A DNA stretch of 63,896 bases, filler included, from Octopus bimaculoides (GCF_001194135.2; 6 parts of 5 records of this genome joined end to end with filler, not necessarily neighbours in it); one strand, 5' to 3'; shown: positions 23,872 through 35,689, counted from the first letter of the whole stretch. Notes: generated by a model not told the origin, from the letters alone. Numbers and translations: made by a program.

Positions 23872-24260
23872 AAGGCAGGGAGTTAGTGGAATTGTTAGCA
23901 CATTGAGCAAAATGCTTAGCGACCTTTCACCCATCTTTACATTCTGAGTTCAAATTCCACAAAGGTTAACTTTACCTTAAGGCAGCGAGCTGGCAGAGCT
24001 GTTAGCATCCTGGGAAAAATGCTTAGTAGCATTTTGTCTGTCTTTATGTTCCGAGTTCAAATTGTGTTGAAGTTGACTTTACCTTAAGGTACCAAGCTGA
24101 CAGAATCATTAGCATGCTGGGCAAAATACTTAGTGGCATTTTGTCTGTATAAGTTATGAGTTCAAATTCCACCAAGGTCAACTTTGCCTTTCATCTTTTT
24201 GAGGTCAATAAAATAAGCAGCAGTTGGACATGGATCAATGTGATGGACTTAGGCCTTCCC
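23872..24260 (+). mobile_element. three tandem ~107-bp SINE heads (family C, OK-SINE-like)
   Basis: Units start at 23872, 23979 and 24086 (AAGGC...CTGAGTTCAAATTCC...ACTTTACCTT). Only the last continues into the SINE body. Confidence 0.7.
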
Positions 24261-24320
24261 CAGAAATTACTGGCCTTGTGCTGAAATTTGAAACCGATAC
24301 CATAAAGTGGTTACATTTAC

Positions 24321-24458
24321 CTGTTTGACAGTTGCTACCCTTATAACCTGCAGCACATCCTCCACTTGAACACACACCTGTCTGACGGTTGCACTTCTTG
24401 TTGTCAGCACAATGACATGTATTTTGACAGTTCGGTCCAAATTCATTTCCACTACAAA
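24321..24458 (-). CDS. multi-EGF gene, EGF exon 9
   Basis: 138 bp, cag|..|gtaaat; VCSGNEFGPNCQNTCHCADNKKCNRQTGVCSSGGCAAGYKGSNCQT. Confidence 0.92.
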
Positions 24459-25368
24459 CTGTAGAAAAGAAAGAAAAAGAATTAATTTGAATACTTTGTT
24501 AAAAATAATTCTAAACATGGACAAAAAATATGAATTAAAGTACCATTTAAATGTGGTCGATGCCAGTGCCCCCCCAACTGGCTCCTGTGCTGGTGGTACA
24601 TAAAAAGCACCATCCAAACATGATCGATGCCAATGCCACCGACTGGCTCTTGTGCTAGTGGCATGTAAAAAGCATCCATTACACTCGGAGTAGTTGGTGT
24701 TAGGAAGGGCATCCAACTGTAGAAACATTGCCAGATCAGATTTGAGCCTGGTGCAGCCTACTAGCTTGCCAGTCCTCAGTCAAACTGTCCGACCCATGCC
24801 AGCATGGAAAAAGCCTGAAACTATCTGGAGAGGGCGGTAATCAGTTACATCGACCCCTGTGCTTGAAAGAGAAAGGCAGCATTGGAAAGATTATAACTCA
24901 GAACATTAAAGACCAGCTTCCAAGAATTTGTTTAATATGTAAAACTTGATAAGCACTCAAGTTCATAATGATTACACAGTTAAACACTATGCCACTGATT
25001 GAAATACAACATATATATGTTACCATGAAAATTGCAATTTCTTCACAACCATTGGAGCATGAAGCACTCCTCATGAATGCATGTTTGTGAGATGGTTGTG
25101 ATCTGTAAACAGTTTTGATTATGAACTGGAAAGAGAAGTATGAACATGCAGTGTGCATGTGCACACTGAATTCGCAAAACAGAAAAGAATAAAAATGCAA
25201 TGTGCATGTCAAAATAAAATGGAAGAAAAGAATAAAACAAGTTATACAATGGTCTGCGTTCTACGTCTGACACCACTATCATGCAGCTTTGCTGCAATTT
25301 TCTCATTGTAACTAGCTGTCAATCTAAAGCTGTAGTAAATAATATGAGAAGCATATCACACCACCAAC

Positions 25369-25506
25369 CTATTTGACAGTTGCTACCGTCATAACCAGCA
25401 GCACATCCTCCAGTAGAACACACACCACTCTGATAGTTACACTTGCTCTGGTCAGCACAATGACATGTCTGCTGACAGTTTTTACCAAATTTACCATTTT
25501 TACAAG
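25369..25506 (-). CDS. multi-EGF gene, EGF exon 8
   Basis: 138 bp, cag|..|gttggt; ACKNGKFGKNCQQTCHCADQSKCNYQSGVCSTGGCAAGYDGSNCQI. Confidence 0.9.
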   Translation of the reverse strand, partial: LVKMVNLVKTVSRHVIVLTRASVTIRVVCVLLEDVLLVMTVATVK

Positions 25507-26894
25507 CTGCCAGAATAAAGGAAAAAAAGATTCCAAAATATTAGTCGACAAACAAATTCAGAGTAATCTGAGTACAAAAGGATTAAAGACATAAGAAGTT
25601 TTATATTATTTCTTTCCAGTTATTTTCTTTCAGATTAAAGAGATGAGCCGATGGAATTATTAGCATGTTGCGCAAAATGCTTGCAGCATTTCATTTGTCT
25701 ATATGTTCTGAATTAACCCTTTAGCATTCAAATTTCTTCGTTAAATGTATTGCCTGTTTATTCACATTGTTTTGAATTAACCCTGCATTATCTTGTAGCT
25801 TCAAGATTTCAATGGTGTGTTGGTATATTTTTCGAATGACCTTGTAGGGTAGGTGTGAGAGGTTGGATACAGTCAGTTTCAACATAAAACAGGTAGAATA
25901 TTTGGGCTGGATATCATCATCATCATCGTTTAACGTCCGCCTTCCATGCTAGCATGGGTTGGACGATTTGACTGAGGACTGGTGAAACCGGATGGAAACA
26001 CCAGGCTCCAATCTAATTTGGCAGTAAATGCTTAAGAGTTTAATATAAGTTGAAAAACAAATTCAGTACTAAAAGCAAACACCCTATGAATAATGATGAT
26101 ACAAGATATTATTATTAAAAAAAAAATAATCATAAAGTGGCCAGCAAGCTGAACCAATATAGATAAATATACATAAAAATTTAGGAAATAAAAAATATAT
26201 ACCAGCTATGCTAGAAAAAGAATCAACTCTCCAAAGCCTCATATTTCTCCCTATAAAAAAAACATGCATGGTTAATCTAGTGAATATAAGAAACAATACC
26301 CCTTGCCTTTTTTTTTCCTCAGTATTTTTTCTTATATTCGCTACATTAACCATTTGTGTCTTGTTTATAGTGAGAAATATGTGGTTTTGGAGAGTTGACT
26401 ATTCTTTCTAGCATAGCTGGTATATATTTTTTACATCCTAAATTTATATATATATATATATATATATACATATATATATGTATGTATGTATGTATGTATA
26501 TATGCACATATATATACATGTAAGTATACTTGCATATGTGTATGTACATGTGCATGTTACTGTCTCCTTGCCTTGATTTCATGTGATGGCTGTAAGTGAA
26601 CATCACCGTCACACAAATGAAGTCCTGCATTTTCAGTCTTTTCCAAGGACAACATGTCTGGTCTTGGTTGCTTGGACAAAGGTGAAAGTTGGTGACAGGA
26701 AGGGCATCCACACGCAGAAAGAAAATCCGCCTCAACAAAATCTATTCAACCCATGCAAACATAAAAATGCAGATGATGATCATCATCATCGACGATGATA
26801 AACCTTTTACTAGTTGACATTTGCCTCGGTCAAGTACAATTGTACACACAAACTAAGGATAGTATCAATGAAATATACCAAGTACAACACTTAC

Positions 26895-27032
26895 CTGTTT
26901 GGCAGTTGTTACCTTCATAACCAGCAGCACATCCACCACTGGAACAAACTCCAGTGTAACGATTACACTTGCTCTTGTCAGCACACTGACATGTACTTTT
27001 GCAGTTTGGTCCAAATTTACCAGGTATGCATG
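26895..27032 (-). CDS. multi-EGF gene, EGF exon 7
   Basis: 138 bp, tag|..|gtaagt; ACIPGKFGPNCKSTCQCADKSKCNRYTGVCSSGGCAAGYEGNNCQT. Confidence 0.92.
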
Positions 27033-27367
27033 CTATAAGTAGAGAACAACATTATTATTATTTCATATACGCACAACAGATTAGACTGCTGAAAAAAATC
27101 CCTAACATAAGGCTACAACAAGTAACCCTAGATACCAAGAACCACCCTAAGTACCTTAACTTATCATTATTATTATTATTATTATTAAGGTGAAAGTACA
27201 TGGCTCAGTGGTTAGAGCGTCGAGCTTACGATCATGAGGTTGCGAGTTCGAATCCCGGACCAGGCTGCGTGTTGTGCTCTTGAGCAAGACACTTTATTTC
27301 ATGTTGCTCCAGTTCACTCAGCTGTAGAAATGAGTTGTAATGTCACTGGTGCCAAGCTGTATCGGCC

Positions 27368-27399
<32 letters not shown>

Positions 27400-27430
27400 N
27401 NNNNNNNNNTGGTGCCAAGCTGTATCGGCC

Positions 27431-27498
<68 letters not shown>

Positions 27499-27714
27499 AA
27501 CTACTTAGAGCTATTAATTTTTGGTTGTATGTTTCTGTGTGTGTGTTTCTGTATGTCCTTCAACATATAGACAATGTGACACAGATTTTAAAAAAGGACT
27601 TAACTTTGAACAAATTATGAATCTAAGTGTCTATGATTAACAAATATTTTCATTGGCAGTATAGCAGTAGGTAACAACCTTGTATTTATATAAAAGACAT
27701 GCTATGATACTTAC

Positions 27715-27852
27715 CTGTTTGACATTTGCTGCCTTCATAACCAGCAGCACATCCACCACTGGAACAAACACCTGTCTGACGGTTACACTTGCTGTTGTCA
27801 GCACAGTGGCAGGTATTTTTACAGTTCGGTCCAAATTTAGAGCCACTGCAAA
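27715..27852 (-). CDS. multi-EGF gene, EGF exon 6
   Basis: 138 bp, tag|..|gtaagt; VCSGSKFGPNCKNTCHCADNSKCNRQTGVCSSGGCAAGYEGSKCQT. Confidence 0.92.
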
Positions 27853-29110
27853 CTACAAGAGATGAAAGGAAAAATTTGGGGTTGATAATTTGTGGAAAAT
27901 AGCTTTAACCCCTTAGCATTTAAACTGGATATACCCGGCCCAAATATTCAACATTTTATGTTTAAACTTGTCAAATCCAGCCTCTGACACGTACCATACA
28001 ATGTCATTCTAGAAATAATCAGATTATTGAAATCTTGAAGCTACGATACATCATCATCATCGTTTAACGTCCGCTTTCCATGCTAGCATGGGTTGGACGA
28101 TTTGATTGAGGACTGGTGAAACCGGATGGCAAAACCAGGCTCCAATCTAATTTGGCAGAGTTTCTACAGCTGGATGCCCTTCCTAATGCCAACCACTCAG
28201 AGATACAATACATGATTAATTTTAAATGATGTGCATAAATAAGCATTACATTTGACAGAATAATCAAAATGCTACAGCGTTAAAGGAAAAAAAAAATCAA
28301 CAAAATAATTTAATAGTATGATTGCAGTTCTTTATGTCCAATGATCATGAAGATAGATAACACCTACATGTATGAGAGGGTGGTGAAAAGTTCCTGGCTT
28401 CGGGTAGAAAAAAATACAGAAAGATCATTTAATTATGATTTTATTCAACATGTTTCCCTCTCAGATTCACACACTTATTGCAGTGGTCTTTCAGTTTTTC
28501 TAAGCCCTGTAAAAGAACTCAGAAGAAGTTTGGGCCTCCAAACAGGCCTTTCGTGATATCCTTAAAGCCAGGAACTTTTTAGCACTCCCATGTAGAGTTG
28601 ACACTCCGACTGCCAGTACATCAAGTACCTGTTGCGTTTATCTCTTCTCCATCACTGTAGGGCTTTGCTTCCTGCCAGCACTTAATATTTTTGAAGTGAG
28701 AATCAGTCTGTCAATCCAGTCTTACTCTTAAACTGTAGGTTTTACAATGGAGTGGCCTTCTCCTAGGCAAATTGCTTTACAGGGCTGGAGAGTTCCATTT
28801 AACCTGGAGTTGCTAGAAGGATGTTAAAGAGGATACCAGACCATCTGAGGGACTTCACTCCTTGATATGCTGTCAAGGTTGGCTCACCTTGACAGTAAGT
28901 CCTGGGGTTGATTTGATCAACTAAAACCCTTCAAAGTGGTGCCCCAGCATGGTCACAATTATATGACAGACAAGTAAAAGAAAAGAAAGATATTTTCAAA
29001 ATTAATTGAAACCAAAACAGTGTATTATAATTAAAATATAATGACAAGAGTGTTAATACATCCTCACTTGGTGTAAATACTGTGTGTGTAAGCCTTGCTA
29101 CATCACTTAC

Positions 29111-29248
29111 CTGTTTGACAGTTGCTACCTTCATAACCTGCAGCACATCCTCCACTGGAACACACACCTGTCTGGGTGTGGCACTTCTTGTTGTCAGCAC
29201 AGTGACACACACTTTGACAGTTTGGTCCAAATTTACCTTTAACACATG
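29111..29248 (-). CDS. multi-EGF gene, EGF exon 5
   Basis: 138 bp, cag|..|gtaagt; ACVKGKFGPNCQSVCHCADNKKCHTQTGVCSSGGCAAGYEGSNCQT. Confidence 0.92.
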
Positions 29249-29669
29249 CTGTAACGTAATTAGAAATTATATATTCTTAAAAATCACTGAAGTGGTATAG
29301 GTATCAATAAATAAATACACACATACATGCAAGACTTTTTTCAAGTTCCAAGTGTGAATCTGTCTGTGTTAACTACATCCCAAAGATGAAGCCTTGTGTC
29401 TTTATAGGAAACCGGCTACCTCCTCAGTGGAAGATTTATAACACTTACAAAAATAGAAGAGACACACATACCTACACACAAACGTGAGGGCCCTGGGATA
29501 TGTAACACACTGCCTAGATATACCGATTTTGAGAAATTAGGCTTCTCAAAACCAGAAAGGAGAAAGCTAATTTGAAGACTACAAATCCAATCCATCGCTG
29601 GAAGTGGAAAAATCTGTAAAATTTTCTAGAAGTTTATCATTTAAATATGTGCGAGCATGTCTAGATATG

Positions 29670-30017
29670 CAGGAGTCGGAGTCAGAGTCATGGAATCAGA
29701 AACAATTAAGAGGTAGCTGGAGTCAGAGTCAGTAAAACGAAACCGACTCCGACTCACAATATCTTTATACTTTAATATAAGCTAGTTATAAAATATAGGC
29801 CTATTCAAAGTACAAGCGCATGCATATGTTTTATGAGATATGCCGAGTACAATCACTAAATTACATAAAGAGGAGTCAGAGTCGGAAGTGCCAGTAGTAG
29901 AGGAGTCAGAGTCGGAAATGCCAGTAGTAGAGTAGTCGGAGTCAGAGTCGGAAATGCCAGTAGTAGAGGAGTCAGAGTCAGAGTCAAAGTTTTTTTGTTT
30001 CGACTCCCACAGCCCTG
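29670..30017. mobile_element. non-autonomous DNA element with GGAGTC/AGAGTC subterminal repeats
   Basis: Right end CGACTCCCACAGCCCTG, with internal 27-33 bp repeats. No clear TSD. Confidence 0.55.
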
Positions 30018-30927
30018 CTAAAAGCAAACAGCGGTATCTTTGAAGTCTCAAAACTTCCACAATAATGCATAATTTATGCAAAGCAGTATGAATAAATAAG
30101 CATTACATTTGACAGAATAATTTGAATGTTAAAAGGTTATGTGACCCTGGTTACTACAAAAACCTCTCCCACTTTGTTCATGCGTGGGGGGTTTTCTTTC
30201 TGTGCATATGAAGAGGGAATGTGTTCGTAGCAGTTGGATTCGTTTAATATTAACATATCTTAATGTTTCTATCGTTCTCTCTGTCTCTCTTTGCTTACGT
30301 GCAAGAATGTTTCTTTTTAAGTAGGTGAGGAAATGGAAAACGTTTATTTCAGTTGGGTAAAGTGTAATGGCTCTCGCTCTCTCTTTCACTGTCTGCCTGT
30401 ATCTGTTTGTCTCTGCTTCTCCATCTGTCTTTCTGCCTCTCTCACATTTTATCTCTCCCTCTCTCGTTCTATCTCTCCTTCTCATTCTATCTATCTCTCT
30501 CACTCTCTCCACACTCGTATTCTCTCTTCCCCTCTCCCTCTCTTATTCTCTTTCCCTCTCTCATTCTATATCTCCCTCCCCTTCTCTGCTTATATGTGTG
30601 AGTATATTGCTTTTTATGTGCTTAAGGAGAGAGAAAGTGTTTATTTCAATTGGGTACAATTGATAAATCGTAACCTCTCTCTCTTTCTCTCTCACTGTCT
30701 ACCAGTGTCTCTGCTTCTCTCTCTCTGTCTTTTTCCCTCTCTCTCTATCATTTTATCTTTCACTCTCTCCCTTTCTCTGTTTATGTAAGTAAATTTCCCT
30801 TTATGTATGTAAGGAGAAGAAAAATGCTTATTTGATTCAGTTAAGAATTTGTAATCTCTCTCTCTCTCTCTATCTAAAGCTTCCTGTGTGTGTATGCTTT
30901 CGCTGGTGAATGAACGAGTCCACTTAC

Positions 30928-31065
30928 CTGTTTGACAGTTGCTACCTTCATAACCTGCAGCACATCCACCAATGGTACATACACCACTTTGACGGTTACA
31001 TTTGCTCTTGTCAGCACAGTGACATGTATGTTGACAATTTGGTCCAAATTTATCATTTGTACATA
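30928..31065 (-). CDS. multi-EGF gene, EGF exon 4
   Basis: 138 bp, cag|..|gtaagt; VCTNDKFGPNCQHTCHCADKSKCNRQSGVCTIGGCAAGYEGSNCQT. Confidence 0.92.
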
Positions 31066-31260
31066 CTGTGAAACAAGACAAAAATATGTGTTTGAGAACA
31101 CAGAAAATTATATCAAATTCTAAAATTATACAAAATAACTATAAGACTGTATGGTAAGAAACTTCCATCTGAACCAAGTGGTCTTACATTCAGTCCCACT
31201 GCAAGACACCTTGTGAGTGGATTTGGTCAACAGAAACTGAATGAAGCTTGCCATTCACAT

Positions 31261-31294
<34 letters not shown>

Positions 31295-31562
31295 CATCAT
31301 CATCATTTAACGTCCGTTTTCCATGCTGGCATGGGTTGGACAGTTTGACTGGGGACTGGCAAGCCAGGAGGCTGCACCAGGCTCCAATCTGATCTGGCAG
31401 AGTTTCTACAGCTGGATGCCCTTCCTAATGCTCGTTCATATATGATATAATCCGCTACTGTAAGAATAATGTCTCACTTTGCTCACACTATATAGCAATG
31501 TTATGCCATCCATACTACTGTAATATTTCACAATGAAAGGTCCATAAAGAGGATACACTCAC

Positions 31563-31700
31563 CTGCTTGACAACTGTTACCGCCAAAACCTGCAGCACAT
31601 CCTCCACTGGAGCAAACACCTGTTTGACGGTTACACTTCTTATTGTCAACACAATGGCATGTACTTTGACAGTTTGGTCCAAATTTAGATACACTACAAA
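31563..31700 (-). CDS. multi-EGF gene, EGF exon 3
   Basis: 138 bp, tag|..|gtgagt; VCSVSKFGPNCQSTCHCVDNKKCNRQTGVCSSGGCAAGFGGNSCQA. Confidence 0.92.
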
Positions 31701-32357
31701 CTACAAGAAATTAAACGACAGTAGTTTTAGCATGCATTTTATAGAGATATGGCTTAAATAGCGGAAAATAAATGAAATATATATATGAACCCTTTATTAT
31801 TCAGATTATTCTATCAAATATAATGCTTAATTATTCACATCGTTTTGAATTAATCATACATTATCCTGTAGCTTTGAGATTTAAATGATACAATTGTTTA
31901 TTATTAGAATAACATTGTAGGGTAGGTATGAGAGGTCAGGTCTGGCTGGTTTTATCATAAAACAAGTAGGATATTTAGGCTGGCTATGGCTGGTTTAAAT
32001 TCTAAAGGGTTAAAGGTTAACAACAAGGGAGCAAGCAAACAACATACAAAAAATATTATTAAGATATGTGATAATAGTAATTTCAGTTTGGGAGTGAAAA
32101 TAGTTTAAGTAATAATATCAAGCCTGTATGATATTTGTTAGCTTCAGAGAGGTGGAAGCATGGCTGTATGGTGAGAAGTTTGTTTCCCCCACCACATGGT
32201 CATGGGTTCAGTCCCACTGAGTGGCACCTTGGACAAGTGTCAGCTACTATAGCCTTAGGCTGATCAAAGACATGTGAGTAGATTTGGCAGATTGGAATTA
32301 AAGAAAGACCATTCTCAATCACATGGTTCCATGCCAACCACTTTACAGAGTATAATG

Positions 32358-32703
32358 GGTGCTTTTACGTGGCACCAGCATGGGGGAGTCTTTTACATGG
32401 CACCAGCACGAGTGCTTTCACGTGGTGCTATTATGTGGCACTGGCATGGGGGAGTCTTTTACATGGCACCAGCACAGGTGCTTTCCNNNNNNNNNNCACA
32501 GGTGCTTTCACGTGGTGCTATTATGTGGCACTGGCATGGGGGAGTCTTTTACATGGCACCAGCACAGGTGCTTTCACGTGGTGCTATTATGTGGCACTGG
32601 CATGGGGGAGTCTTTTACATGGCACCAGCACAGGTGCTTTCCTGTGGTGCAATTATGTGGCACCAGCACGGCAAGCTTGTTGTGGTGCCAGCACAGGTGC
32701 TTG
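32358..32703. repeat. 66-bp minisatellite (VNTR) in the intron after EGF exon 2
   Basis: At least 3 essentially identical units (TTTCACGTGGTGCTATTATGTGGCACTGGCATGGGGGAGTCTTTTACATGGCACCAGCACAGGTGC) plus partials, with an N gap inside. Confidence 0.9.
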
Positions 32704-32743
32704 ATGTTACTAATAGATATGTAAAACATACTACATCACTTAC

Positions 32744-32881
32744 CTGTCTGACAGTTGTTACCTTCATAACCTGCAGCACATCCTCCACTTGAACACACAC
32801 CAGTCTGACGGTTACACTTGTTCTTGTCAGCACAATGACAGGTATTTTTACAGTTTGGCCCAAATTTACCAATTACGCATG
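32744..32881 (-). CDS. multi-EGF gene, EGF exon 2
   Basis: 138 bp, cag|..|gtaagt; ACVIGKFGPNCKNTCHCADKNKCNRQTGVCSSGGCAAGYEGNNCQT. Confidence 0.92.
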
Positions 32882-33070
32882 CTGTAAGAAAAATACATAT
32901 TAATCATTAAAATAAATAATGCTATCAATTTGAACTAAACATATAAGCCTATGTGGAGGTGCAATGGCCCAGTGGTTAGGGCAGCGAACTTGTGCCAAAA
33001 TTTAAATCATTATTATTATTATTTGCAAAATGTAACAGGTCTTAAAAGACACAACGATGTACTATAATAC

Positions 33071-33163
33071 CTGTCATAATTCAATTATCCATAATTTGAT
33101 ATAATAATATTTCAGAATATTAAAGGATATTATATCAGATTATGGATAATTAAATTATGACAG
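33071..33163. repeat. short hairpin (36-bp arms)
   Basis: CTGTCATAATTCAATTATCCATAATTTGATATAATA pairs with 33128-33163 (2 mismatches). Confidence 0.85.
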
Positions 33164-34015
33164 TTATATTTTACAAACAATACACAATGCTTCAAGCGAA
33201 CTACAATACTCTCCTATTATTATTATTGAAGGTGCATGGCTCAGTGGTTAGAGCGTCGAGCTTACGATTGTGAGATTCTGAGCTCGATTCCCAGACTGGA
33301 CTGTGTGTTGTGTTCTTGAGCAAGACACTTTATTTCACTTTGTTCCAGTTAACTCAGCTGTAGAAATCACTGGTGCCAAGCTGTATTGGCCCCTTTGCCT
33401 TTCCCTTGGAATACATCAGCGGTGTGGAGAGGGGAGGCTGGTATGCATGGGTGACTGCTGGCCTTCCATAAAACAACCTTGCCCGAACTTGTGCCTTGAA
33501 GGTTAACTTTGTAGGTGCAATCCCATGGTTATTCATGACCGAAGGCAGGGAGGTCTCCATTATTATTATTACGGCAGTGAGCTGGCAGAATTGTTAGCAT
33601 GACTGGCAAAATGCTTTGTGGCATCTCATCTGTCCTTACATTCTGAGTTCATATTCAGTTGAGGTTCACTTTGCCTTTCATCCTTTCGGGGTCGATTAAA
33701 TAAGTACCAGCTGAATACTGGCGTTGAAGTAATCAACATAAATGCTCCTTCAAACACCAGGCAAAATGCTTTGCAGCATTTTGTCTATCTTTATGTTTTG
33801 AGTTCAAATACCACTGAGGTTAACTTTGCCTTTCATTCTTTCGGGGTCGATAAAATAAGTACCAGTTGAGCACTGGGGTCAATGTAATTGACTTAACACT
33901 CCCCAAAACTGCTGATCTTGTGCCAAAATTCGAAACAAGTAAAATAGTAAAAGAGAAAGAGATGTAGAATTAACGAAATTAATTGTAAACACTCAATAAC
34001 GTATATTCCACTTAC

Positions 34016-34153
34016 CTGTTTGACAGTTGTTACCTCCATAACCTGCAGCACATCCTCCACTGGAACACACACCTGTCTGATGGTCACACTTGCTGTTGTC
34101 TGCACAGTGGCATGTACTTTTGCAGTTTGGCCCAAATTTATCTTTTATACATG
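34016..34153 (-). CDS. multi-EGF gene, EGF exon 1 (first visible)
   Basis: 138 bp, cag|..|gtaagt; ACIKDKFGPNCKSTCHCADNSKCDHQTGVCSSGGCAAGYGGNNCQT. Confidence 0.92.
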
Positions 34154-34545
34154 CTGTAACAAAAATACGAAATGAGCTATGAATTAATACAAAAATATGA
34201 AGCATACTAAGAATTAATGCAATAATATGAAATATATAAATCATTGTATTTAATTTATAGCATAACTCAAATAAAAATAATTATATGTATATAAATATAT
34301 ATATATATATATATGTGCTGTGCGTGAGAAGAACCGGCAAGCCAAGTAAGATCGTTGCCAGTGCCCCTGGACTGGTTCTTGTGCGGGTGGCACATGAGAT
34401 GCACCATTTTGAGCGTGGCCGTTGCCAGTACCGCCTGACTGGCTCCTGTAGGATTTTCGAGCGAGATCGTTGCCAGCGCCCCTGGACTGGCTTGTGCGGG
34501 TGGCACATAAGACACCATTTCGAGCGTGGCCGTTTTCGTGCGGGT

Positions 34546-34645
34546 NNNNNNNNNNNNNNNNNNNNNNNNNNNNNNNNNNNNNNNNNNNNTTAATTAATTA
34601 ANNNNNNNNNNNNNNNNNNNNNNNNNNNNNNNNNNNNNNNNNNNN
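34546..34645. other. artificial scaffold join
   Basis: N44-TTAATTAATTAA-N44. Confidence 0.9.
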
Positions 34646-34802
34646 ATATATATATACACATATATATATATATATGTATATGTATATATATCCCATATAT
34701 GATGTATAAACATATATGTATGTATATCTATATATGTAAATGTATATATATGTACATATATATGTATAAGCATACATATGTAGATATCTCTAAGCATGTG
34801 TA

Positions 34803-34872
<70 letters not shown>
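34803..34872. repeat. (GATA)n microsatellite
   Basis: Direct reading. Confidence 0.95.
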
Positions 34873-35554
34873 GTAGTAGGGTCAGTCGAGTGATCGGGAT
34901 AAAACGCTGTTGCTTAATCTCTAGCATAAACATGGCTTGTATGGAAAAAATACAGCTGACTCGGTAACTGATCAATAAAACTTATTAATCAATGCATCAA
35001 ATGAAGTTCGTCGCATATTGAGATTAGACAGAAAATTCCGATAAGATGACCGATGCTATGCAAACACTGCTTATAATGCTATAATCACATCTTAGAAATA
35101 AAAAGTATGGAAAAGGTATTTCAGTGCTACAGCTGTTTCAAAAGGATGTCGGGTATGAATACGTTGTAGCTGTTTGGTGTACTTTTTCAACAGGTACATG
35201 CGATTGTTTGGTTGAAAATAGTGCGCTGTAATGAAAAATGTAAACGAAAGCCAGTCTAGGAGAAAGAATGAAAAAAATGGGAATGAAGATTGGAATCAGT
35301 AAAGAACCAATGGCATGCCCTACACACCGACAACCTTTCCAAGATATATAGGGATGTGGTTTCATTTCGTTACCAGCATATTAAGATTATTGTAGTGGCT
35401 GCAGTAGATTATAATCTCATTGGTGTATTACATGTGGTCTCAATAATGGGAAACCGCTGCGCCGAAAGATGGAATGTTTGTCACCACTTCAACCTCATAC
35501 ATTACACCTTCAGAGTTGCGTCTCCTCTTCATCGCAGAATAACCAACTGTACAG

Positions 35555-35588
<34 letters not shown>

Positions 35589-35689
35589 TGTATGTATGTA
35601 TGTATGTATGTATGTATGTATGTATGTATGTATGTATACATTTATATATATACTTTATCTGTGAATTAAGGCTGCTATTGGTTTCATGA

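Noticed and set aside
29782-30081. ORF with SDSDSSTTG repeats (SD-repeat adhesin-like)
   Set aside because: It is a translation of the GGAGTC/AGAGTC subterminal repeats of a non-autonomous element.
19434-34153. CRISPR-like or recombination-cassette reading of the repeated 138-bp units
   Set aside because: The units are spliced coding exons with canonical AG/GT sites. No recombination signals or spacer structure were seen.
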